NCBI RefSeq assembly: GCF_000181795.1
Contig: NW_003526944.1
Span: forward strand, 1,900,848-1,964,847
DNA length: 64,000 nucleotides
Direction of reading: 5' to 3'
Source of the DNA: Trichinella spiralis
Lineage: Eukaryota
This document shows positions 39,898 to 54,718 of this stretch, piece by piece. Below the pieces are notes generated by a model. The model had not been told where the DNA came from, ran no database searches, and saw only the letters and a list, made by a program, of their open reading frames with translations. The translations under genes and the position numbers were made by a program. The stretch's first letter is position 1. Each line of letters starts with the position of its first letter.

Positions 39898-42800
39898 CTC
39901 TGAAACAGACACAAAACGACCACGTGAATAACAATCAACAATTCATCGTTGGTGAAATAAATAAAAATTAAAAAAAAAAAAGAAGTGAAAAAGGAAAAAA
40001 AAAGAAGAAGCATCTCAAGAAGAGATTAATCAAATTCGACTCGACTTGTAAGTTCAACCAACGCACGCGGAAACGACGCAAATATTGGTGTAATATTAAA
40101 AAATTTTTCCAAGAATAAGTTGAATAAAATGATAACAATTACAACAAAAATCCACACATTGAACAGTCGACGATAACACAGACACATACAGTATGCACAA
40201 TAATGCGTTGCATGAATATCATCTACATGGTGTGCGGCAATTGCGCAACAGCTGCTGCAGCAGAATTAATTTTCTTCAACTGTGCCAAACGATGAAATGA
40301 CCGACCGCCTGAGCAAAATTCAGCACGCTACATGACGATTATGAATATAATTGTTCACACTACATACGTACACTAATGACTACTACTATTACAACAACAA
40401 CAACAACAACAACTGCTTGCTGCTGCTATTTGTACTCTGCAATATGCAATGTCAGAAATCGAGCCACAGACACGAGAAAACAAATACTTGACCTCTTTCA
40501 CGGACAGTCAACGAGGTGAACAAATCATCATCATGTGAAAACAACATGCAGCAGCCTACCAAACTGACACACATACAATACGTACATACGTACGTACGTA
40601 CGCATATATATACGTATACGTATATGTATATATGTGAATTGAAATGCAAACAATTCAAACGAACGTTTGAATAAATAAACAAATGTAAAAAATAAAACAA
40701 CAATATTAACATAACGTAACAGATGACGACTGAAGCCCCGTACAGTAAAATAAACAAATCACTATATGAGCAAAATGACGACAACATCACAAAGTACAAC
40801 AGAATTACAATCTGTGTAGAATTTTTTACAATCAGTTTTTTTTTGTTCATTTTTGAAAATCATTGAACAAACAAGCCCATTTTACGCACGCGTGCGTGCG
40901 TGGTCACAGAAATTGGAAATTTTCAAAACAACAGGACAAAAAAAGAACCACCATCAACCAAGTACCATCAATAAAAAGAAGCGTCGTAAAGATGCGGGCA
41001 GGAAAACACAGACAGCAACAATACGACAATGGATGTGCTAATCTGAAGAAGGTCAACGGAAATTATCAAAAAACCAACCGACAACACCGCGCGATCAAAA
41101 ATAAACAATGACAACAAGTATACGGGAAAAAAATTAAAGAAAAAAAAACAACAGCGATGATGACGTGGAGAAGCAGAAATTGAACCGAACCGCAGAAATA
41201 GCAAACGAAGCGACAGAATATAGAACTGAAGAAACGTCGTGGTGGAGAGAGAGAAAAAAAAGGAAAAATCAATTTTCCACACAACTCGCCGCTTTGTACG
41301 TACGATGATAAATCACCGGCAATACGTCGAATGCGTATCATTCGAATTATTATTTATTGCCGTCAAAAAATATGAATACAAAAACGTTCGAAATAAAAAT
41401 TGAATACAAACAGATAAATTAATTCTCATCAGAACATGAAGAACAATGAAAAATAAGTACACAACGTTGAAAAATAAAAATATATATAAATGCTTGTAAC
41501 TTAATTTTGAAGATACTATAATCTATGAATCTATTTATAAATTCTACAATGATGATGATGATGATGATGATGGAGAATGGAAAATTTGAAAAAGTAATGT
41601 CGCGTGCAGTTTGGAGCAGAAAGAAACAAAAATACAAGTAACAAAGAAATACCGAGCCTATTTATGATGATCGACAATGACAAACTGAACAACACCAAAA
41701 CACCTACAACCAACTGCGCAGCACAATGTCGACAGTACATTATGCAAAGTATAAGCAAATAAATAGCTGCGTCAACGGCCATTACAACAGCAAATCAATG
41801 AAAAAACGAGCGAAATGCTACAGAATTTTCCACTAATATAAGAATGGAAAAAAATATAAAAGAAACTACACACAAAATATGCTAATTAGCACACGAGATA
41901 TAAAAACCATCTTTACAAAGCAGCTGATATTGATGTCAGAAAATAAAAATCGTTCGCATTTAAAATTTTCATATTTTGATGGACAATTATCCTTCAAATG
42001 ACAACAAGAAGTGAGCTTGAAAAAAGAAAATTGACAGTTAACGAGCTAATATTAGCATTATTATTATTATAATTATGGGCAAAAAAAAAACAAACAAACA
42101 TTAAAATAATCTACTCCACAATGGATAAAAATACAAAATGATATAATAGTCAATCTGTTCAATGGAATCAATCACCAAAGAAGAAAAAAAAAATATATAT
42201 ATACATTTGCCAAGGTTGGATGGCTGTGCAGCGTTAACTTTGCATCTTCATTAATCAATCGATTGAACGTGTTAACGGCAGAAAACGACGAGACCGAAAC
42301 TAGGGACTGTTCAAAAAGACAATAAAAGCAAGAGACGACAATAAAAAAAAATAAAGGCATTTCAAAATTTTTTCAACAGGAAAAAAAACAACAAAAAATA
42401 AAGTGTTAATTAATAAAGCGTCACCATTTCACAGTACACACACACATATATATATATAAATTGCCAAACTTTGTGCGTGAGAGCAGAAAATTAAAATAAC
42501 AACAATTTCAATTAGAACAAAAACCGACAACTGACTATTATCAAGTGGTGTGCTTGAATAGAATGGACACAGACGATCGGTGACGATTGTCTGTGCAATT
42601 TGATATGCCGGAGCGAATAATTGAAATCAAAATTGTCAGAGCAGAAAAATTAAAAATAGACAATGACCGTCGAGCAAAAAAATGTTTCAGAAATTTTCCA
42701 AAAATTGATGCAACAACAACAACTGACAACTGACAACAGAAAATTCCACTCTGTCCAGGATTAAAGGTAGATAACACAGTACAGGGAGAAGGGGTGGGGT

Positions 42801-45800
42801 AGGAGGGGGGGGGGGAGTAACAGGAGTTGAAATGGGAAAAGCAAAAACAACAATCCCACAGTTTTGCTAGTCACCAAGTCGACTGACTGACTGACTACGT
42901 CAACTTTTGTACAATGATAAAGTGAAAATTATTTGCACACAAAGCAACAGAACTGCGATAACCGAATTCACCATTTAGAACAATACCGACTTACAGCACA
43001 CCTTTTAAACTTCATTATCACATTTACAGAATCATTTACAGTAGTAGTAATGGTAGTTATGAGAAAAAAGAAAACAAGTTGTGAATCGAACGAAAGCGAA
43101 CAAATTTCGACAATGAGATAAACAAATGAAAACAACTCTACAACCGGGTGTAATATTAAAGTCGACTAAGACGATTTATTGATTGATTTGGTGTAGAAAG
43201 AAAAAAAACACATCACAGCACTGCACAGCTCTTCTCACCATATAATACTTACTTACTGCATCATTTTTGTGCATTTGAACGTGGTAAAATTGAAAAATAT
43301 AAAACAAAGAAACAAACTGTCATGCATAAAGTAACGATCAGAGCATGCTGCTGATGCTTCTCGGTCGAAACAACTGAAAAAATCAGTACGATTTCCAGTG
43401 TGGCACACTCATGACACATAATAATAGTCCTATTAATGAAATAAATTTTGAAAAAAAACCCGCACAGATAGATGAGCAATAATAGAAGACACGTTTCATG
43501 ACCAGCTTACAGCTTACAGTAGTTGAAATAGCTATTGTTTCGTCAAAGCTGACAATTTTACTCGACAAACTGGCATGAAAACTTCGAACATTTTCTCTGA
43601 ATATAATACAATGCCCACGCATACAGGCACAAACATACCAATCAATCAACTGAAATGTGAAATGCTGCTAAAGTTGATCACGTGACAAAAAAAGAAAACA
43701 ACAGACAAAAAGAAATTTCTAATCCCACGGATAAATAGATGCGTGTCGAGTAGAAGAATATCGTCAATTTATTATAACCAGTATTTCAATTGTACAAAAT
43801 CGAATACATACCTTTCTCGGTCAGATAATCCTTTCCGTTCAGCTTTATGACATAAATATACTAAACAATTCGTTATAAATTGTACGCTTTACACCGTGAA
43901 AATGAACAGCAAATAAGTAAATGAAATTTCTATATTCTCTTCTAAAATAAAACGCTCGCGATCCTTTTACAATACTGTATTGCTTTTAGTATAATTCGAA
44001 TTCAAGTTGCATATTCTCCATCAGAACACTCAATTATGCTGAAATGAAAAACTCGACAAAGAAAAAACCTTTATTTATTCTTCTTGAATATTTTAAATTA
44101 TTAAAAATTACACATTTATATACGTATTATGTATGAGGGAAAAATTCGACTCAACCGATTAACGTTTATTCATCAAATTAACCTAATTATGTAAAGATTA
44201 AAGCTTGTAAACAGTTTCACAACGCCGATTGACGGCAACAGCGTCGTGAGGAACGGTTTGCATTCAAAATGCATCAATGCCACACTCTGGAGCACACAAA
44301 GAACACAACTACAGATGACATAAATACATTACATGCACAGAATTACAAAAGCACACTGACACACCCACGCACATTAATTATACATATGTGGAGAAAATAA
44401 TCAGTCGATCGAGTGATAAAAATGTAAAATAAAAAGGTGAAAAGGTAAATCGAACAATGAAAATTACGTTGGCCGGAAAAGCAAGCAACCGACACATCTC
44501 ACAACGTAGCCAACGTAAGTAAGTGGTAAAACGTTTGATCGGTATGGTAATAGCTGTCAACAAGATATCATTACAACACTCGCTTCATTGCAATTCTGTG
44601 GGATAAATAATTGTTAAAAAAAAAAGAAAGAAAGAAAAAATACGAACAAGCATAGAAGAAAATACAACAATTACTGACTGGTACGTCGATGTTGTTGACA
44701 TACAGTGCGCATGTGGGCAGCGTTGAACAGATCGACCACAAAGCAAAGCAAAGCAAAGCTTTCTGCATCCGTTGGTCATTATAATTGGCAAATTTTCCGA
44801 TCATCACAAAGAGAAAAGCAGCTTCTCACACGTCCAACTAAGAGTCGTGTAATCTTTCCGACGTGACGTCAGTGAATTCATCGATCCGTTCTGATAGGAG
44901 CAATTACAACAAAACTGGACGGTGCAAAGCAGCAAAACGAAACAAAAAAATCCCTTTTGACACCGATCTACGTCAGTCAGTCAGTCAGTCTGTCTGTCAG
45001 TCAGTCAGTCAGTGAATAGTAAAATGCCCATACGTGGGTGGTGTTGGAAGCTCACAAGCTTTGTGTGCTATACTGCGCTGTGCTGTGCTGTGAGCGCCTA
45101 CTTACTCTTTCATCACAACAACCTCTACCATCCCATAAATAAATAAATAAATAAATTTATATTTATTTACAAATTCATATATAAACCCATCTGCATACAA
45201 AGTAAACCACAATCTACAACAACAACAACAACAACAAATTCTGCTTCCAATTCAACAATCACTTTTCATACATCATATACTGCGCAATGGACATGACACT
45301 GTTCCATTTGAAAATTTCAAGTCCATACAAATAATAATATTAACGAATATATTATACAGTGTTCTCAACAAAACGACCTTGTCGGCAGTAGAAGAAGTAC
45401 GAAAAACCAATCAAACGAACAAGCCGATCACACGGACGACTGGATCGATCCAGCTGCTATCCAGCCAGGCCAGTTAATAATTCACGGAAACGAGCAGGTT
45501 ATCAAATCGACCGGTAGGCAAACAAATTGTCGTCATTCGTTGAACATTTCGCCAAACTTGAACCCCCACCCATTCCATCCAGTGGAACTCATCAAGCATC
45601 TCAACTACATCACTCATATATACTCGAACAACGTGAACAATCAATCAATCAATCAATCCTTTACATGCCCCCATATTACATTTGGAATATATATATACGC
45701 GCATCAGTGGCTTCTGCAGACGTTCAACCAGACTACCACCAAACCTATGCCGGCCTCTGTGTGTGCGTGTAGGTGTGGGTGGGTGTGTGCGTCTGTTATG

Positions 45801-48226
45801 TAACAATAGAGATTATCAGGGGGAGAATAGCAATCCAAGTTTCCTAGTAAACATCAATCACCTCAGCTAAGCTGAATCACGTGCTGGTCAGTTGCGCAAT
45901 CGTCAATGCTCGTTTGTACAAAACTGCAAACGCCATATTTTTTATCGATAATAAAAATTGAATTAAATCAAAAAAAAAACTGCTACATCTCACTCAACCT
46001 GTTGCTGTTGACGAAAAAAACAAACAGTAAACACATGCGAAAAAAGAAGATGCTAAATGACGACAACGACAACGACAACAACAATAAATGGGATGTGAAA
46101 AGAAGACAAGTTCCGCTTAATATATAGACCAATTAACAAATACATGCAACAAATGAAACACTATCAAACTGATCCTATCCATTTCGAGTTCGTCCATTGC
46201 AAACAATTTTCTAATAATTTCAAAATCACTTCAACACATTCAAAAACAAAAAAAAATTAAAAATAATATTCGACTATTCGAATTCGATTATATATATATA
46301 TGTATGTATGTATAATTTTGCTTTTACTCGTACAGCGGAAAAATGTGTTCAGCTAGTGATAACAAATTAAAACAATCCAACATCCCTTTCCAAAAAAAAA
46401 ATTATTAAAATTACACACATTACGTGTGGGTGTATAGAAAAAAGAGAAAAAAGACCCCATACAGAATATCGAAAATGATCAAACGGATGCATTAATTTGA
46501 AGCTGATCTGATGATGACCGCATTCGAATCGATACAACTGAATGAAAATGACCATCTCATTCAACCAAAAGCATACGTTGAGAAACAAACGTAAAAGCTG
46601 CTTGTTCATCACCACCACTATCATCATCATCATCAAACGACGACAAAAGAACAACAAAACAATATTTTTTTCAAAAAAAGTAATATTTTTACCATCTACG
46701 TGTAAAATTCAAAGGAAAAAAAACCATCTTCGACAAAATCATTAATAATAAAATTTAAAAAAAAAAGCAAAACCAAATCATCACACGTCAAAGTCATCAA
46801 TAAAATAAAACAGAGAGGAGAGAGAAGGGCAATTTTGCTATTTTTTCTCACTTTTCAAAAAAAAAACTGATCCAGAGAATTCAACAACAGTTCTTGGACA
46901 GATGCGGGAATTGTATTCTAAATTTATCCCAATTTCCATTCAACAGTTGAAAACAAAACAACCACATGTTCATCAGTTCAATCGTGTACGACGATCACCA
47001 GAGGGATTTTGCGTAATAAAATGATACTACATATTCAATAAAACTGAGAAAAGAATAAATTAAAAAAAGAAGAAGAAGAAGAAGAATTAAATAAACCTAT
47101 AAATTTCATCACTTTTAAGCGTATAATAATAACAAAAGAAAGAAAAAAAATTATACAGCAAGTGACGCGCAACACATATGCATATTTACACAGATTAGTC
47201 GACAGTTGGGAACGACGACATCATTCTCGCCCACCTGACTCACACACCAACAAAGTACATTATGACGACAAATGAAGAATAATAACGCCCACCAGAAAAT
47301 CGAAAACACAATAATAATAGTAATAACAACAATAACAACAGCGATCACTTTCAACACACTTGATTAGCTCGATATTTTTTTTCAAACGAACAAAAAATAT
47401 AATAAAATATAAAATAATTATAAATTTGAAAAACAACAAGCATGCATGGAAACGTAGGAATAGATGGATGAATGGATGGATATGGAAAACAACTGTCGCT
47501 TCTCGAAGAAAAAGAAAAGAGCAAGCAGCTTTTGTGATAAATGGTAATGTGTCTGTCGATCGCGCACAAATCGACAGCTCATACTGTGTTTGCCAACAAC
47601 AATTCGATATTATATTAGCAACGTCTGAAATTTCGTCGACAGTACAATTATCCATACTGAATGATATTGTACATTATTGGTGTGATTTTATACAAAACCT
47701 GAAAAATATCACCAATTTCCTTCCATACATGCCATACAGAACAACTGCTAGACGATTGACTTTTTGCATGTACTACTACTGCCGCTCGTTACTTACTGAA
47801 TTGCCCAACAAGATGCGAGCATTACAAACAGAATGTCAGCAGTTCAAAGAATCGTTTACGTAGTCAAGCTTATCCAAACTACCCTGCCAAATCCGGATTG
47901 CTCTTTGCCGGCTAATTGAATGCAAACTGTGTACTCACTAAACGACTGTAAACACTGACGCCGATTAGTACTGTTTCACTGATCTCACCAACCTCGTCTC
48001 TTCTGATTGTCAAGCATTTATTTTTCCAATTAACTTTCCACTATCACCCTGCTAGCCCATTTTCGACACTTTCCATCGCGTTCTTATACATGTACATTTA
48101 AAATGGAGTTTCTCTAATTAATTAATGGAACAATATTTCATTTTCGAAAAACAAACACTATTAGCAACCGTTTGATGAACTTGTGCACCGACAATACTGA
48201 CAATGGCACCGAATCAAGATGAAAAA

Positions 48227-48257
<31 letters not shown>

Positions 48258-51200
48258 ATAGAGAAGAAATATGTTGAACAGTTTGAAATGGAATTTACAA
48301 GAATAAAAAAAATTCTATGCACATTCCCCCACCTGTTCCCCGGTTCGTATGGACCCACCCGCCCACACAACTACCGGTCGGTTAAGCGCAAAAGCTGTAG
48401 TACAATGACTCGATTAATTGAAAATCAATTAACCACCATTTTGCAATAGCAACTGGATCGAATCAGCGCAAACGCAAACATTTACAACCAATCGTTTAAA
48501 AGCTGTTTCATACAAGCAAGCATGCGAGAGGTCGGCGAGCGTTGATTCGACATCGAAAAAATAGCACTATTCAAAGATACAAAAATAATTACATTAATAT
48601 TATTCTTATTATTCATATATCAGTAAATATTTTCACTGCACTGCAATTTCAACAGAAAAAAGAAAAAGAACCATATTCTTCATCCTATTCGTAGTCAATA
48701 GATAAATGCACGTTATAAGTAGAAAAGAAAAAAACGGAAACATCGTAAATTTCATTTCCCACAAATTTGAAATTCAACTATTATTCATGAAAAACTTTTC
48801 AAAAAAAATAATGAAAAGAAAAAAAGCAAACAAAAAAAACGCTCAACAAAGATGCATGAAAAGTATTTTCAATGGAAAATTATCATAAATAAATAAGTTA
48901 CATGAATATCTTTTTCTTGCCCATTGCATACTGTAAACAACCGCACACAGAGTGGGAGAAAATAGCAATGTTTAACTTAATTGACAGATAATTAACGCTG
49001 CGTAACAACTATTGTGGACAATTCGTCTTTTCAATAATCTAATCACAATGAATGAACATTTTCAACATTTTCCAATATCCGAATGTAAATGTAAAACTAC
49101 TTCTTTTTGCAGATTGATTATCAAATCACAAATTCAAAATTACAATATTATTATTGAACGTATTATAATAATTTTAAAATTAAAAAAAAATTCTTTCCCC
49201 TTCTTTAATACAATTAATCGACTGAAAATGTGAAAAAATGGAAATTAAAATTAATCGCATGTATCGGATGAGTTGACAAATTTATGCATACGTATGACCA
49301 TGTACTCTGATAGAATCTCTGTAATAAAAAAAAAAGCTGTTCTCGAGCAAAATACCACAGACCAACCAGAATAAATAAACTTGCTTTCGGCAATGAAACA
49401 GATTCACAGACAGAGATGAAGAAAGAAAAACTTTTCCCTGTTCTCGTTACCACACAAAACAAAAGACCGTTTATGCAATTGAAATATGCAGCAAATGATG
49501 ATGATGATGACACAAGATAGGTTCAGAAAATGGTTCGAAATAAGAAGCATAAATTTAAATAATATTCAACAATATTAGACAAAAAGAGGCAGCATGCACA
49601 ACAACTTCAACAACCAAATACCACACTGTACAAACTTGCAAAAATGCTTCCTTTCAAATAAAAATGCGCACTTGATGACAAATGGGATATTTTTAAAAAA
49701 AGCAAATAAGTTGCCTGTTTGTTTTTCTTTCCAAATTTTCATATCAAAAAAAAAACTAATGGACAAGTTTCAGAACAATACAACAAAGTCAATTATTGCG
49801 TGGCAATAATGATAAATAATAACCAATGCACAACCCGCTCGACCGACAGCTTCACCTTCTATTACGCTGTCATTGTCTATAATCGCCGCTTACCAACACT
49901 TGCTGACAGACGACATTTCTAATCAATTCATTTAAAAAAAACACGTCCTTCATCCACATTGTTACATTACAGACAGTAAAATTATACAAATACATCGTAT
50001 GTACACATAGATGTTTGCAAATTGTACAAGTTATGGAAATGGTTAAAGAAAGAAAATTCAAATTTCCTTTTCTGCGTTACTGTATGCATTGCGAATAGTG
50101 AATATAAACACCGAAGAAAAAAAGAAACGCAGACTGATCAGAATTTTGTCAATCAGCAAGCATTACAACAACAATGACGCAGCTGACGTTCTTCGAACGT
50201 AAGGTAAGCAATTGAGCAGAGCAGCAAATCAGAGTTCAGCAAATCCACCAAATTTCGGTTAGTGAAAAAGGACAAACAAATCAACGATATGCAAGCCCAA
50301 TTCCCCATCCCGCCCCACCCTCCTCATTTGGGCTTTCATTTTCTATGCAAATTGCAAAATGCCAGTTTTGTCCTTTTCAACACTTCATCTTAGTCGGTAA
50401 ATGACAAACAGACTGACGGACTGTTAGTCCGCTGCCGCAGCTTTTTCGACTTTCCGGATAACTACTACTGATCGTCGGTCGAATAGCACTTACTTATCCA
50501 TCAATCAGCAAAAAGGTAAAAAGCAGGCACGGTCACTTTTCGACCTCGGATTCAAAGCGAACAAGGCCCAATATTGAAACAATGCCATATAAAGAAAATA
50601 ATAAGATTTGTTCTGTGAAAAATTTTTCCACAAAACAACTAGTAGAATAACAAACAAATAAACCGTTTGTTGTGATGGTTGTTGAGTCAATTACGTCGAA
50701 TCATACACGATAAATGATTTTCATGGAAAATTTCAATTTATCAAACTAAAAAACCCAACTATGATGAAACATCAAAAATAAAGAAAAAAATAGTAGCCTA
50801 CAAAAAAGGTTGGTCAAAACAACATTGGAGAATTGGAAAAAAAATCACTTCAAACATGTTGAAAATTTCACCATTCCAAAAACCTTATCAACTTTCTCAC
50901 TTATCACGTTTAAGACACACACACACACACACACACACACAGCGTCGACAAACACATGGTCGAATCGTGAAAAGACAACCAACTTTTTATCGAACGATAA
51001 TAACACAACATACAGTGTTTGGCAAAGCTGAACGTATACTAATTTATACGGTGGTGTGCCTTTTTCAGTCAAACGACAAAATTATCCACCGTTTAGCCCA
51101 TTCCATCAGAACACACACATCCTCCTCGAAAAGAAAAAAAATATCAATTCACAATTACTGTTCATCGAAATACATGAAGAAGAAGAAGAAGAAAAAGAAA

Positions 51201-54200
51201 AAATAAGTGCGCACAAATCAACAATTTCGTGTGCAACTTCTCTCTGGCGGAAGTACGTTGAAATTTCTACAGTAACAATACAGTAATGGCTACAAGAATG
51301 TACCACAAGTACAAGAATGAGTTGAAATGTGAAGCACGTCGAAGTGTGTGTAGAAACGCTATGGTGTTTGGTGAATAAAAGTCTTTTAGAAATCAATACG
51401 AACAAAAGCGATAATAACGACGACGAAAATGCCGCATTCGAAGATGTCGTCAACCTTAAAACGACTACTGCTACTACTACCAGTAGTACAACTGAACAAT
51501 AAAATATACTCGCGACTATAGCGTAACAAGTGAATGAGAAAATTCATAAGTTAATTGTAAAAAAAATCTGAATTGAAATAAGCATTTTCTGCAAGTTAAA
51601 ATCGAAATTCCCCCTTTATCCATCTCCTCGAAAGACCCCAGTGCCAGTAATTACTGTGATTTGTACTTGTATCTCTCAATCTGTCGACTGTGCAAGCTGC
51701 ACAACTGGTTGGACGGAAGCGGTGTTACGAACGCGTGGAAAGGTTGTGGAAAAAACTGGAAAGCAAGAACGAAAAGAATTCAAGACCTCGCACAGGGCAG
51801 AAAACGTCACCAACGACGACTGTCTGACTGACTGCTTGTCCGAAGGTCGATGACACGAAGGATTCAACTGACAAAATACAACAAGCATACGTTGAAAATA
51901 CAACAATTCTGAAAATGCTCATCTCGATCTCTCCGTGTCTGCCACAAACAATAGAACAAACAAACAAACAAATAAACAACCGTTTTCCAAACACAATAGT
52001 CTCAAGAGTTGGAAAAATGAAAGAAAGCGAAAAAAAATGAACACTAACAACAACGTTTGTACAATGCTTGTATTCTACTGGTGCAATGTTTTGGTTTCGT
52101 TCGATGCGTCATTGTTCCGTTTGAACTGTCATTCAAATTACCAACAGAAAAAAAGCGTCAATTTTTGAAAAGAAGAAAAACTTCTGCATTTTGGTTGAAC
52201 GTATAAATTTTCCCTCCGCATCAAACATAAAGTGCCGGTAAAATGGAAGAATATTTCAAATTCAACTTTGGCATGTTGGATTGGAAAAGAAGAAAATATT
52301 CACAACTAACATGTTTTGTACAACAACAATGGCGTAGTTGAAAGAAGATGATCGAGCGGAATATTGAAAAAGAATAAGAAAGTTGTTCAAATTGGACAAA
52401 ATGGAAAAGTATAAATAAAAACAAGTGATGCTCATAATGGAGAGAAGATATTTTTTTAAAAAAAGTAAAAAAGAATCACCACAAAGCAACACGAACAACA
52501 ATAATAACAACAACAACAACAGCATCTCATCGCTTGATAAAGTTAGTAATGGTAAAATTGTACAGAAATAGACAGAAAAGGAAAAGTGCTGCGCAGAGTA
52601 TATAGAAGTGGACTGATGCTCTCTCTCTCGCTCTCTCACTGTCCAGCGCAGCGTTTGAGAAAGACATGTCAGGAGCAAACGGAATTTTGTCCTACGATTT
52701 CTAGAGAAAACACAAACAGTATACCACCGGCCCAGAACAAACTGTTGACACAATCTAACCGGTGACCGAGTTTGTAGAGCTGGCATGCAAAAACAGACGG
52801 CACAGAACAAGACGGTCTGGACAGAAAACAATATGACAGTAAGAAGAAATAGCTGAGGTCGCCAGGATAAAGAATCTCACCGCGCATTTAACAGCGTTTA
52901 CACACACACACGCACATATTTCCGGTCAATAATATGCAAGGTTAAAAGAGGCCACAATTTAAACGCAAGGTCACAACTGTTCGGACAGACCTTCAAACGA
53001 TACAAGCAGCACGGTGAAACAAAACTCAACTCACACTACGCAACCTGGCCGATCACATTTTACAAATCACACCGCTTAACAATCATACCTGATCTGTAGC
53101 AGAAGAACGGCGGATGGAAATTTACGTTCACAATTCGCAGGCAATCGTGCGAACGGTGAACAGAAAAACGGCGACTGGAAACCACTTCGACTTCAAATAA
53201 CCAACAAAAATGAAGTCCACAATGCCCCGCTAATAGAACACACATCCAACAGCTCGAACAAACAAATCGGGTAAATTCACGACAGCGAATAAAGTACAGT
53301 ACAAAATAACAACATTTAAGTACAATATTGCATACTGTATTTTGCATTTGAAAATAAAAAAAAATTTTCAAACAATTGCCTACTGTTCCTCCACTTCTAT
53401 GCATGACACTACTATTGGAAATATTACGTTTTTTTTAAATTCACTTTTCCATCAAAAGACAAAAAAAAATGAAAAACTATTTCACTCGTACGTACCTTTT
53501 TCGCAACTGCGTTCAATTGTTTGTTGGCTGTACAGAAGATAAGTAAATAATTCGGAGAAAATCTTATTTTTTTTCTTTGCTTCTATTAGAGGAAAAAATA
53601 TTTCAAGCAATCTGAATAAAAATATCGCACTTCTTGAAATTTTTTTTATTGAAAATAAAAAAATAAACATTTATGATTCACAAAACGTACACAACAGATC
53701 ATTCATTTTTCATCAGAGAATAACAAAAATGAACACTCGCGGATGTTGAAAAGATATCAGTAGAAAAAGTAATGTTCAAAAAAACAAACCATCAGCAACA
53801 GAACAATTTTCGATACGCGCAGTCATAGTTGAATCGTGCCTCAGATTACCAATTCGATGTCATGTTCAACTCCTCCTGGGACGGTAAATTTCATCACTGG
53901 CACGAATGAACGAACGGACTTCAGTAACATAAATGTAATGGTTCTTCGAATCGAAAAACTGGGTTTTGTAATTTATGCTTTCCAAACTGAAGTCTTCATA
54001 AATGGAAAATATTCATAACCTTCATATAAAATCAATATTATGATGCTATTTTTGCATTACATATACATAAATAACATCAACTGATGGAAAACAAAATTCT
54101 GAGTGATTCTGAATTCTGAAAAAGAAGTGTTTTTATGCACCGCATTCAGGAAAAGCATTTTCTATCCATGTATTTGCAATTAAATGCACCAGTACCAAAA

Positions 54201-54718
54201 AATTTTTCTGAAAAAAGTGTGCTTTTTCATTGCTTAAAAAATTCACTCAATAAATCATTATTCATTATGTGTGATAAAGTTTCGTTGAAGAATATAATAA
54301 AGATAGAAGTTCATGTAAAATTAGGAAAATTAATTGAATTTCAATGGTACAGAATTTGTTTGATGTAAAGCATGTTTGCCTGAACAGAAGAAAACTGTAA
54401 AACTGCCGCCAAATGTTGCCCAAGATACAGCAAGCAATATTCAAAAAATGAAAATCAAGTTACTTTATTAATTCGGTCAATGTTAATATTAATTCAATTT
54501 TCACAGTACTTTTATAACATTTTAACATGAACCAACATTCAAATGGAACTTCACAAAATCGTTCGTCAACATAGAAATAAAAAATAATAAAATTTTTCAT
54601 TCAACTATACATTCTACAGATTAATAATAATGCATTAGAAAAGCATAAAATAAGCAGGAAATTATAATTGGTTAAATTTACTCGAACGATGACAGTCATC
54701 AATAGAAGAGAAAGCGAT

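Noticed and set aside
40000..53700. Numerous 60-190-aa ORFs
   Set aside because: Low-complexity AT-rich or microsatellite-derived translations with no consistent splice chain or known motif.
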